Shown piece by piece: positions 23,093 through 36,200 of a stretch of DNA of 64,000 bases. Positions within the stretch are counted from its first letter, which is position 1, and each line of letters opens with the position of its first letter. The position numbers and the translations under genes are program-made. The notes under the pieces are model-generated. The model searched no databases. It was not told where the DNA came from and saw nothing but the letters and a program-made list of their open reading frames with translations. The stretch is from Antedon mediterranea. Its lineage: Eukaryota; Animalia; Echinodermata. The stretch lies in the NCBI RefSeq assembly GCF_964355755.1, contig NC_092676.1, forward strand, positions 11,943,888 to 12,007,887, in the 5' to 3' direction.

Positions 23093-24221
23093 CAAAGATC
23101 TTATATACTAAAGATGTGACACTACCCGCGTTTACGCGTAACACTTTAGAAGCGTCAAATTATAGTGCGCCCCCTCGCTTAAACAAGTAACGAACTTTTG
23201 CGTGACGATCGCAGTATTCTTTAGGGATTGAGTATTCGCGCCAAAGTTTGTATGGTTAACAAACAATGAATTAAAAGAGAAAAAGTGGAGGGAGGTATGG
23301 TAAAGTTGTAGGAGGTCTGTACGCGCCCCCCGGTCTGTGCATTATCGGCTAGAAATGATGATCATTACGACGGTCTGGTATGATGAATAATTGTAAATAT
23401 GATGATTTTATTTCAATGTTTCTACATTTATTATATTTCCTCTCGGTGGCCCGTGCATCATTTCACAATAGTTATTGAGTTAATGTTAAACTGAGACTAC
23501 TATAAAATAACTAATTGTTATCTCAGGTTTTAAATAAATTATAATAATAAATGAATGTCATGGCGAATGATGGGTACATAATACAGTAGGCCTAGTATGA
23601 ATTATCTCAGAATTGACTATCATAATCTGTTTCATGTCATGACTGTAGGCTTAAGCCTATGATTGTTTATAAATATATTCCGAAAAATTACTGTAATAAA
23701 ATAGTCGAAGTAGTGATTTTAAAAAGTGACTTCTTGTTCTTTTTTAATTGTTTATAACACACTGTTTTGACTAATATATGTTCCTAATCTGCACTGTTTT
23801 GCTGCTGGATGAAAAAGAAGAAAACATCAAGAACAAAAACGGAATACGATGCGCTTAGTGTTAATACCATAGCCGACTCGCATAAATAAGTAGTAGTGCG
23901 GATGTGAGTGATGATTACTCTTAGATGATGATTTTGAGGATGATGATAAACATTCAATAATAACAACAATATTCAGTAATTAAAACAAATAGAGATATAC
24001 AAAGTACAGTAAATAAGTCTATCATTATAATTTAATCGCACATTACCGCAATTATTGTGATGAAAAAAATTGAGTATTCAGTTACAATACAGTAGACATA
24101 TCTGATCCATAAATCTACTTGTTTGAGCGAGAGGACGCCCTATAAAATGAGCTCCATGTGTGTTACATGAATTGCACGTAAAATACCGAGTGTGTCCCAT
24201 CTTTAGTATATAAGATATTTG
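23093..24221. mobile_element. Second copy of the same element, inserted in inverted orientation into the outer copy
   Basis: Same TIRs, with TSD GTTCGTTA at 23085-23092 and 24222-24229. The body is the reverse complement of the outer copy, minus ~22340-22995. Confidence 0.9.
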
Positions 24222-27200
24222 GTTCGTTACTTGTTTAAGCGAGGGGGCGCACTATAATTTGACGCTTCTAAAGTGTTACGCGTAAACGCGGGTAGTGTCA
24301 CGTCTTTAGTATATAAGATCTTTGCTGTACGTAAAAACGGGGTCGGTGTCTGCACGTGAAATCGGGGTCGATGTCTGTGCGTAAAATCGGATTCGATAAC
24401 TGTATGTAAAAACGGGGTCGATGTCTGTACGTCAAAACTAGGTAGATGAATATATGTAAAATCAGGGTCGATGCTGTGCGTAAAAACTAAGTCCATGTAT
24501 GTACGTAAAATCGAGGTACATGTCTATACGTAAAATCAGGGTCGATGTCGATGTCTGTAGTTAAAAACTAGGTCGATGTCTGTACGTAAAAACGGGGTCG
24601 ATGTCTGCACGTAAAAACGGGGTCGATGGCTGTACGTAAAAACGTGGTCGATGTCTGTACGTAAAAACTGGGTCGATGTCTGTACGTAAAATCGGGGTCC
24701 ATATCTGTACGTAAAGTCGGGGTCGCTGTCATTGCATAAAAACTATGTCGAGGTCTGTAAGTAAAAACTAGGCCGATGTATGTACGTAAAAACTAGGTCG
24801 ATGTCTGTACGTCAAAACTAGGTCGATGTCTGTATATAAAATCGGGGTCGATGTCGGTACGTTAAACGGAGTCGATTTCTGTACGTAAAATAGGGATCAA
24901 CGTATGTACGTAAAATCGGGGTCGATGTATGTACGTAAAATCAGGGTCGATGTCTGTACGTAAAAACGGGGTCGATGTCTGTACGTAAATACGAGATCGA
25001 TGTCTGTAGGTAAATACGGGATCGATGTCTGTTCGTGAAATCGGGGTCGATGTCTGTACGTCAAAACTAGATCGATGTCTGTACGTAAAATCGGGGTCGA
25101 TGTCTGTACCTAAAATCGAGGTCGATGTATGTACGTAAAATCGGGGTCAATGCCTCTACATAAAATCGAGGTTGATGTCGGTACGTAAAAACTAGGTCGA
25201 TGTCTGTACGTAAAAGCGGAGTCGATATATGTATGTAAAAACGGGGTCGATGTCTGTACGTCAAAACTAGGTCGATGTCTGTATGTAAAATCAGGGTCGA
25301 TGTCTTTACGTAAAAATTAGGTCGATGTCTGTACTTAAAATCGGGGTCGATGTCTGTACGTAAAATCGAGGTCGATGTCTGTACGTAAATTTGGGGTCGA
25401 TGTATGTACGTACAATCGGGGTCGATGTATGTACGTAAAATCGGGGTCGATGTGTATACATAAAATCGGGATCGATGTTTGTACGTTAAATCGGAGTCGA
25501 TGCCTGTACGGAAAATCGGGTTCGATGTCTGTACGTAAAAACTGGGTCGATGACTGTATGTAAAATCGGGTCGATGTATTTACGTAAAATCGGGGTCGAT
25601 GTCTGTACGTAAAATCGTGGTCGATGTATGTACGTAAACTCGGGGTCGATGTATGTACGTAAAATCGGGGTCGATGTATGTACGTTAAATCGGGATCGAT
25701 GTTTGTACGTAGAAACTAGGTCGATGTCTGTAAGTAAATACGGGATCGATGTCTGTACGTACATACGGGATCTATGTCTGTACGTAAAATCGGGGTCGAT
25801 GTCTGTACGTAAAATATGAGTCGACGACTGTACGTGAAATCGGGTCAATGTATGTACGTAAAATCGGAGTCGATGTATGTACGTAAAATCGGGATCGATA
25901 TATGTACGTTAAATCGGGATCGATGTTTGCACGTAGAAACTAGGTCGATGTCTGTAAGTAAATACTGGATCGATGTCTGTACGTAAATACGGGATCGATG
26001 TCTATTCGTGAAATCGGGGTCGTTGTCTTTGCGTAAAATTGGTGTCGATGTCTGTACGTCAAAACGGGGTAGATATCTGTACGTCAAAACTAGGTCGATG
26101 TCTGTACGTCAAAACTAGGTCGCTGTCTGTACGTAAAATAGGAGTCGATGTATGTATGTAAAATCGGGGTCAATGTATGTACGTAAAATCGGGGTCAATG
26201 TCTGTACGTAATATCGAGGTTGATGTATGAACTTAAAAACTGGGTCGACGACTGTACGTAAAATCGGGTCGATGTCTGTACGTAAAAACGGGGTCGATGT
26301 CTGTACGTAAATACGAGATCGATGTCTGTACGTAAATACGGGATGGATGTCTGTTCGTGAAATCGGGGTCAATGTCTGTACGTCAAAACTAGATCGATGT
26401 CTGTACGTAAAATCGGGGTCGATGTATGTACATAAAATCGGGGTTGATGTCTGTACGTTAAATCGGAATCGATGCCTGTACGGTAAATCGGGTTCGATGT
26501 ATGTACGTTAAATCGGGGTCGATGTCTGAACGTAAAATCGGGGTCGATGTCTGTACGTAAAATCGAGGTCGATGTCTGTACGTAAATTTGGGGTCGATGT
26601 ATGTACGTACAATCGGGGTCGATGTATGTACGTAAAATCGGGGTCGATGTGTATACATAAAATCGGGATCGATGTTTGTACGTTAAATCGGAGTCGATGC
26701 CTGTACGGAAAATCGGGTTCGATGTCTGTACGTAAAAACTGGGTCGATGACTGTATGTAAAATCGGGTCGATGTATTTACGTAAAATCGGGGTCGATGTC
26801 TGTACGTAAAATCGTGGTCGATGTATGTACGTAAACTCGGGGTCGATGTATGTACGTAAAATCGGGGTCGATGTATGTACGTTAAATCGGGATCGATGTT
26901 TGTACGTAGAAACTAGGTCGATGTCTGTAAGTAAATACGGGATCGATGTCTGTACGTACATACGGGATCTATGTCTGTACGTAAAATCGGGGTCGATGTC
27001 TGTACGTAAAATATGAGTCGACGACTGTACGTAAAATCGGGTCAATGTATGTACGTAAAATCGGAGTCGATGTATGTACGTAAAATCGGGATCGATATAT
27101 GTACGTTAAATCGGGATCGATGTTTGCACGTAGAAACTAGGTCGATGTCTGTAAGTAAATACTGGATCGATGTCTGTACGTAAATACGGGATCGATGTCT

Positions 27201-30200
27201 ATTCGTGAAATCGGGGTCGTTGTCTTTGCGTAAAATTGGTGTCGATGTCTGTACGTCAAAACGGGGTAGATATCTGTACGTCAAAACTAGGTCGATGTCT
27301 GTACGTCAAAACTAGGTCGCTGTCTGTACGTAAAATAGGAGTCGATGTATGTATGTAAAATCGGGGTCGATGTATGTACGTAAAATCGGGGTCAATGTAT
27401 GTACGTAATATCGAGGTTGATGTATGAACTTAAAAACTGGGTCGACGACTGTACGTAAAATCGGGTCGATGTCTGTACGTAAAAACGGGGTCGATGTCTG
27501 TACGTCAATACGAGATCGATGTCTGTACGTAAATACGGGATCGATGTCTGTTCGTGAAATCGGGGTCGATGTCTGTACGTCAAAACTAGATCGATGTCTG
27601 TACGTAAAATCGGGGTCGATGTCTGTACCTAAAATCGAGGTCAATGTATGTACGTAAAATCGGGGTCAATGTCTCTACGTAAAATCGAGGTTGATGTCGG
27701 TACGTAAAAACTAGGTCGATGTCTGTACGTAAAAACGGAGTCGATATATGTATGTAAAAACGGGGTCGATGTCTGTACGTCAAAACTAGGTCGATGTCTT
27801 TACGTAAAATCGGGGTCGATGTCTGTACGTAAAATCGGGGTCGATGTCTGTACGTAAATTTGGGGTCGATGTATGTACGTAAAATCGGGGTCGATGTATG
27901 TACGTAAAATCGGGGTCGATGTGTATACATAAAATCGGGATCGATGTTTGTACGTTAAATCGGAGTCGATGCCTGTACGTATAATCGGGGTCGCTGTATG
28001 TATGTAAAATAGGAGTCGATGTATGTATGTAAAATCGGGGTCGATGTATGTACGTAAAATCGGGGTCAATGTCTGTACGTAATATCGAGGTTGATGTATG
28101 TACTTAAAATCGAGGTTGATGTCAGTACGTAAAAACTAGGTCGATGTCTGTACGTAAAAACGGAGTCGATATATGTATATAAAAACGGGGTCGATGTCTG
28201 TACGTCAAAAATAGGTCGATGTCTGTATGTAAAATCAGGGTCGATGTCTTTACGTAAAAATTAGGGTCATTGTCTGTACGTAAAATCGGGGTCGATGTCT
28301 GTACGTAAAATCGGGGTCGATGTCTGTACGTAAATTTGGAGTCGATGTATGTACGTAAAATCGGGGTCGATGTATGTACGTAAAATCGGGGTCGATGTGT
28401 ATACATAAAATCGGGATCGATGTTTGTACGTTAAATCGGAGTCGATGCCTGTACGAAAAATCGGGGTCGATGTCTGTACGTAAAAACTGGGTCGATGACT
28501 GTACGTAAAATCGGGTCGATCTATTTACGTAAAATCGGGGTCGATGTCTGTACGTAAAATCGTGGTCGATGTATGTACGTAAAATCGGGATCGATGTATG
28601 TACGTAAAATCGGGGTCGATGTATGTACGTTAAATCGGGATCGATGTTTGTACGTAGAAACTAGGTCGATGTCTGTAAGTAAATACGGGATCGATGTCTG
28701 CACGTACATACGGGATCGATGTCTGTACGTAAAATCGGGGTCCATGTCTGTACGTAAAATAGGAGTCGACGACTGTACGTAAAATCGGGTCAATGTATGT
28801 ACGTAAAATCGGAGTCGATGTATGTACGTAAAATAGGGATCGATATATGTACGTTAAATTGGGATCGATGTTTGCACGTAGAAACTAGGTCGATGTCTGT
28901 AAGTAAATACTGGATCGATGTCTGTACGTAAATACGGGATCGATGTCTATTCGTGAAATCAGGGTCGTTGTCTTTGCGTAAAATTGGTGTCGATGTCTGT
29001 ACGTCAAAACGGGGTAGATATCTGTACGTCAAAACTAGGTCGATGTCTGTACGTAAAATCGGGGTCGCTGTCTGTGTGTAAAATAGGAGTCGATGTATGT
29101 ATCTAAAATCGGGGTCGATGTATGTACGTAAAATCGGGGTCAATGTCTGTACGTAATATCGAGGTTGATGTATGTACTTAAAAACTGGGTCGATGACTGT
29201 ACGTAAAATCGGGTCGATGTATGTACGTAAAATCGGAGTCGATGTCTGTACGTAAAATCGGGGTCGATGTATGTACGTAAAATCGGGGTCGATGTTTGTA
29301 TGTAGAAACTAAGTCGATGTCTGTAAGTAAATATGGGATCGATGTCTGTATGTAAAAAGAGGGTCGATGTCGGTACGTAAAATCGTAGTCGATGTCTGTA
29401 CGTAAATACTAGGTTGATGTCTGTACGTAAATACGGAATCGATATCTATTCGTGAAATCGGGGTCGTTGTCTTTGCGTAAAATTGGTGTCGATGTCTGAA
29501 TGTAAAATCGGGATCGTTGTCTGTATGTAAAATGAGGTCTATGTCTGTACGTAAAATAGATGTCAAAGTATGCACGTAAAATCGAAGTCGATGTCAGTAC
29601 GTAAAAACTAGGTCGATGTCTGTACGTAAAAAGGTGTCGATGTCTGTACGTAAAAACTGGGTCAATGTCTGTACGTAAAAACTGGGTCAATGTCTGTACG
29701 TAAAATCGGGGTCGATGTATGCACGTAAAATCGGGGTTGATGTATGTACATAAAATCGGGGTCGATGTCTGTACGTGAAATCGGGATCGTTGTCTTTTCG
29801 TAAAATCGGTGTCGATGTCTGTAACTCAAAACGGGGTTGATGTCTGTACGTAAAATCAGGGTCGCTGTCGGTACGTAAAATCGGGGTCGCTGTCTTTACG
29901 TAAAAACGGAGTCGATGTCTGTACGTAAAAACGGGGTCGATGTTGGTACGTTAAACGGAGTCGATGTATGTACGTAAAAACTAGGTCGATGTCTGTACGT
30001 AAATACGGGGTCGATGTCTTGCGTAAAAACTAGGTCGATCTCTGTACGTAAAAAACTAGATCGATGTCTGTATGTAAAAACAGGGTCGATGTCTGTGCGT
30101 GAAAACTAGGTCGATGTATGTAGGTTAAAACTAGGTCGATGTCTGTACGTAAAATCATTGTCGATGTCTGTACGTAAAATCGGGGTCGATGTCGCTACGT

Positions 30201-33200
30201 TGATTTGTGGTCGATGTATGTACGTAAAATCGAGGTACATGTCTGTACGTAAAATCAGGGTCGATGTCTGTACGTAAAAACGTGGTCGATGTCTGTAGTT
30301 CAAAACTAGGTCGATGTCTGTACGTAAAATCATTGTCGATACCTGTACGTAAAAACGGGTTCGATGTCTGCACGTAAAATCGGGGCCGATGTCTATACGT
30401 CAAGTCGAGGTCGATGTATATGTGTATGTAAAAACGGGGTCGATGTATGTATGTAAAAACTAGGTCGATGTCTGTACGTAAAATAGGGTCGATGTCTGTA
30501 CGTAAAATCAGTGTCGATGTCTGTACCTAAAAACTAGGTTGATTTCTGTATGTAAAATCGGGGTCGTAATCGGTACGTAAAACGGTGTCGCTGTCTGTAC
30601 GTAAAAACTGTGTTGATGTCTGCACGTAAAAACGTGGTCGATGTCTGTACGTGAAATCGGAGTCGATATCTTTGCGTAAAATCTGTGTCGATGTATGTAC
30701 GTCAAAACTAGGTCGATGTCTGTACGTAAAATCGGGGTCGATGCATGTACGTAAAATCGAGGTCAATGTCTGTACGTAAAATCGGGGTCGATGTATGTAC
30801 GTAAAATCGGGGTCGATGTCTGTACGTAAAATTGAGGTCGATGTCGGTACGTAAAAACTAGGTCGATGTCTGTACGTAAAAACAGAGTATATGTCTCTAT
30901 GTAAAAACGGGGTCGTAATCGGTACGTAAAACGGTGTCGCTGTCTGTACGTAAAAACTGTGTTGATGTCTGCACGTAAAAACGTGGTCGATGTCTGTACG
31001 TGAAATCGGAGTCGATATCTTTGCGTAAAATCTGTGTCGATGTATGTACGTCAAAACTAGGTCGATGACTGTACATAAAATCGAGGTCGATGTCTGTACG
31101 TAAAATCAGGGTCGATGTATGTATGTAAAATCGGGGTCGATGTCTGTACGTGAAATTGAGGTCGATGTCGGTACGTAAAAACTAGGTCGATGTCTGTACG
31201 TAAAAACAGAGTCGATGTCTCTATGTAAAAACGGGTTCGATGTATGTACGTTAAATCGGGGTCGATGTCTGTACATAAAATCGGGGTCGATGTCTGTACG
31301 TAAAAACTGGGTCGATCTCTGTACGTAAAATAGGGGTCGATGTATGTACGTAAAATCGGGATCGATGTCTGTACGTAAAATCGGGGTCGATGCTTGTACG
31401 TAAATACGGGCTCGATGTCTGTTCGTAAAATCGAGGTCAATGTCTGTACGTAAAATTGGGGTCGATGTATGTACGTAAAATCGGGGTCGATGTCTGTACG
31501 TAAAATTGAGGTCGATGTCGGTACGTAAAAACAAGATCGATGTCTGTACGTAAAATCAGGGTCGATGTCTTTACGTAAAAATTAGGTCGTTGTCTGTACG
31601 TAAAATCGGGGTCGATGTCTGTATGTAAAATGAGGTCGATGTCTGTACGTAAAATAGATGTCAAAGTATGTACATAAAATCGAAGTCGATGTCAGTACGT
31701 AAAAACTAGGTCGATGTCTGTACGTAAAAAGGTGTCGATGTCTGTACGTAAAAACTGGGTCAATGTCTGTACGTAAAAACTGGGTCAATGTCTGTACGTA
31801 AAATCGGGGTCGATGTATGCACGTAAAATCGGGGTTGATGTATGTACATAAAACCGGGGTCGATGTCTGTACGTGAAATCGGGATCGTTGTCTTTTCGTA
31901 AAATCGGTGTCGATGTCTGTAACTCAAAACGGGGTTGATGTCTGTACGTAAAATCAGGGTCGCTGTCGGTACCTAAAATCGGGGTCGCTGTCTTTACGTA
32001 AAAACGGAGTCGATATCTGTACGTAAAAACGGGGTCGATGTTGGTACGTTAAACGGAGTCGATGTATGTACGTAAAAACTAGGTCGATGTCTGTACGTAA
32101 ATACGGGGTCGATGTCTTGCGTAAAAACTAGGTCGATCTCTGTACGTAAAAAACTAGATCGATGTCTGTATGTAAAAACAGGGTCGATGTCTGTGCGTGA
32201 AAACTAGGTCGATGTATGTAGGTCAAAACTAGGTCAATGTCTGTACGTAAAATCATTGTCGATGTCTGTACGTAAAATCGGGGTCGATGTCTCTACGTTG
32301 ATTTGTGGTCGATGTATGTACGTAAAATCGCGGTACATGTCTGTACGTTAAATCAGGGTCGATGTCTGTACGTAAAAACGTGGTCGATGTCTGTAGTTCA
32401 AAACTAGGTCGATGTCTGTACGTAAAATCATTGTCGATACCTGTACGTAAAAACGGGTTCGATGTCTGCACGTAAAATCGGGGTCGATGTCTATACGTCA
32501 AATCGAGGTCGATGTATATGTGTATGTAAAAACGGGGTCGATGTATGTATGTAAAAACTAGGTCGATGTCTGTACGTAAAATAGGGGTCGATGTCTGTAC
32601 GTAAAATCAGTGTCGATGTCTGTACCTAAAAACTAGGTTGATTTCTGTATGTAAAATCGGGGTCGTAATCGGTACGTAAAACGGTGTCGCTGTCTGTACG
32701 TAAAAACTGTGTTGATGTCTGCACGTAAAAACGTGGTCGATGTCTGTACGTGAAATCGGAGTCGATATCTTTGCGTAAAATCTGTGTCGATGTATGTACG
32801 TCAAAACTAGGTCGATGTCTGTACGTAAAATCAGGGTCGATGCATGTACGTAAAATCGGGTTCGATGTATGTACGTTAAATCGGGGTCAATGTCTGAACG
32901 TAAAATCGGGGTCGATGTCTGTACGTAAAAACTGGATCGATCTCTGTACGTAAAATAGGGGTCGATGTATATATGTAAAATCGGGGTCGATGTATGTACG
33001 TAAAATAGGGATCCATGTCGGTACGTAAATTCGAGGTTGATGTCTGTACGTAAAAACTGGGTCGATGACTGTACGTAAAATCGGGTCGATGTCTGTACGT
33101 AAAATTGGGGTCGATGTCTGTACGTAAAATCGGGGTCGATGTCTGTACGTAAAATCGGGGTCAATGTCTGTACGTAAAATCGGGGTCAATGTCTGTACGT

Positions 33201-36200
33201 AAAATCGGGGTCGATGTATGTACATAAAATCGGGGTCGATGTCTGTACTTAAAATCGGGGTCGATGTATGTATGTAAAATAGGGATAGATGTCGGTACGT
33301 AAAATCGGGGTCGATGTCTGTATGTAAAATCGATGTTGATGTCTGTACGTAAAAACTTGGTCGATGACTGTACGTAAAATCGGGGTCGATGTATGTATGT
33401 CAAATCGGGTTCGATGTATGTACCTTAAATCGGGGTCGATGTCTGTACGTAAAATCGGGGTCGATGTCTGTACGTAAAAACTGGGTCGATCTCTGTACGT
33501 AAAATCGGGGTCGATGTCTGTACGTCAATACGGGATCGATGTCTGTTCGTGAATTCGGGGTCGTTGTCTTTACGTAAAATCGCTGTCGATGTATGTAAGT
33601 CAAAACGGGGTCGATATCTGTACGTTAAAACTAGGTCGATGTCTGTAAGTAAAATCGGGGTCGCTGTCTGTATGTAAAATTGAGGTCGATGTCGGTACGT
33701 AAAAACGGGGTCGATGTCTGTATGTAAAATCAGGGTCGATGTCTGTACGTAAAAACTAGGTCGATGTCTGTACGTAAAATCGGGGTCGATGTCTGTACGT
33801 AAAAACTGGGTCGATCTCTGTACGTAAAATCGGGGTCGATGTCTGTACGTCAATACGGGATCGATGTCTGTTCGTGAATTCGGGGTCGTTGTCTTTACGT
33901 AAAATCGCTGTCGATGTATGTAAGTCAAAACGGGGTCGATATCTGTACGTTAAAACTAGGTCGATGTCTGTAAGTAAAATCGGGGTCGCTGTCTGTATGT
34001 AAAATTGAGGTCGATGTCGGTACGTAAAAACGGGGTCGATGTCTGTATGTAAAATCAGGGTCGATGTCTGTACGTAAAAACTAGGTCGATGTCTGTACGT
34101 AAAATCGGGGTCGATGTCTGTACGTAAAAACTGGTTCGATCTCTGTACGTAAAATAGGGGTCGATGTCTGTACGTCAATACGGGATCGATGTCTGTTCGT
34201 GAAATCGGGGTCGTTGTCTTTACGTAAAATCTCTGTCGATGTATGTAAGTCAAAACGGGATCGATATCTGTACGTTAAAACTAGGTCGATGTCTTTAAGT
34301 AAAATCGGGGTCGCTGTCTGTACGTAAAATTGAGGTCGATGTCGGTACGTAAAAACGGGGTCGATGTCTGTATGTAAAATCAGGGTCGATGTCTGTACGT
34401 AAAAACTAGGTCGATGTCTGTACGTAAAAACGGAGTCGATATATGTACGTCAAAACTAGGTCGATGTCTGTTTGTAAAATCAGGGTCGATGTCTGTACGT
34501 AAAAACTAGGTCGATGTCTGTACGTAAAAATGGGGTCGATGTCTATACGTAAAATAGGGGTCGATGTCTGTACGTAAAATCGGGGTCGATGTATGTACAT
34601 AAAATCGGGGTTGATGTCTGTACGTTAAATCGGAATCGATGCCTGTACGGTAAATCGGGTTCGATGTATGTACGTTAAATCGGGGTCGATGTCTGAACGT
34701 AAAATCGGGGTCGATGTCTGTACGTAAAAACTGGATCGATCTCTGTACGTAAAATAGGGGTCGATGTATATATGTAAAATCGGGGTCGATGTATGTACGT
34801 AAAATAGGGATCCATGTCGGTACGTAAACTCGAGGTTGATGTCTGTACGTAAAAACTGGGTCGATGACTGTACGTAAAATCGGGTCGATGTCTGTACGTA
34901 AAATTCGGGGTCGATGTCTGTACGTAAAATCGGGGTCGATGTCTGTACGTAAAATCGGGGGTCGATGTCTGTACGTAAAATCGGGGTCAATGTCTGTACG
35001 TAAAATTGGGGTCGATGTATGTACATAAAATCGGGGTCGATGTCTGTACGTAAAATCGGGGTCGATGTATGTACGTAAAATAGGGATAGATGTCGGTACG
35101 TAAATTCGGGGTCGATGTCTGTATGTAAAATCGATGTTGATGTCTGTACGTAAAAACTTGGTCGATGACTGTAGGTAAAATCGGGGTCGATGTATGTATG
35201 TCAAATCGGGTTCGATGTATGTACTTTAAATCGGGGTCGATGTCTGTACGTAAAATCGGGGTCGATGTCTGTACGTAAAAACTGGGTCGATCTCGGTACG
35301 TAAAATCGGGGTCGATGTCTGTACGTCAATACGGGATCGATGTCTGTTCGTGAAATCGGGGTCGTTGTCTTTACGTAAAATCGCTGTCGATGTATGTAAG
35401 TCAAAACGGGGTCGATATCTGTACTTTAAAACTAGGTCGATGTCTGTAAGTAAAATCGGGGTCGCTGTCTGTACGTAAAATTGAGGTCGATGTCGGTACG
35501 TAAAAACGGGGTCGATGTCTGTATGTAAAATCAGGGTTGATGTCTGTACGTAAAAACTAGGTCGATGTCTGTACGTAAAAACGGAGTCGATATATGTACG
35601 TCAAAAGTAGGTCGATGTCTGTTTGTAAAATCAGGGTCGATGTCTGTACGTAAAAACTAGGTCAATGTCTGTTCGTAAAAATGGGGTCGATGTCTATACG
35701 TAAAATAGGGGTCGATGTCTGTACGTAAAATCGGGGTCGATGTATGTACATAAAATCGGGGTCGATGTCTGTACGTTAAATTGGAATCGATGCCTGTACG
35801 GTAAATCAGGTTCGATGTATGTACGTTAAATCGGGGTCGATGTCTGAACGTATAATCGGGGTCGATGTCTGTACGTAAAAACTGGGTCGATCTCTGTACG
35901 TAAAATAGGGGTCGATGTATATATGTAAAATCTGGGTCGATGTATGTACGTAAAATAGGGATCGATTTCGGTACGTAAACTCGAGGTTGATGTCTGTACG
36001 TAAAAACTGGGTTGATGACTGTACGTTAAATCGAAGTCGATGCCTGTACGGTAAATCGGGTTCGATGTCTGTACGTAAAAACGTGGTCGATGTATGTACG
36101 TAAAATCGAGGTTGATGTCTGTATGTAAAAACTTGGTCGATGACTGTACGTAAAATCGGGGTCGATGTATGTACGTAAAATCGGGTTCGATGTCTGTACG

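Larger units (their letters stand above)
21439..24324. mobile_element. P-element-like non-autonomous transposon (outer copy), 8-bp TSD
   Basis: TIR CAAAGATCTTATATACTAAAGA / TCTTTAGTATATAAGATCTTTG. TSD CTGTACGT at 21431-21438 and 24325-24332. CA..TG ends with an 8-bp TSD fit P (hAT not excluded). Confidence 0.85.

Noticed and set aside
21444-24320. TCTTATATACTAAAG as Helitron 5' ends
   Set aside because: Better explained as TIRs: they pair in inverted orientation and are flanked by two perfect 8-bp TSDs, which Helitrons do not make.
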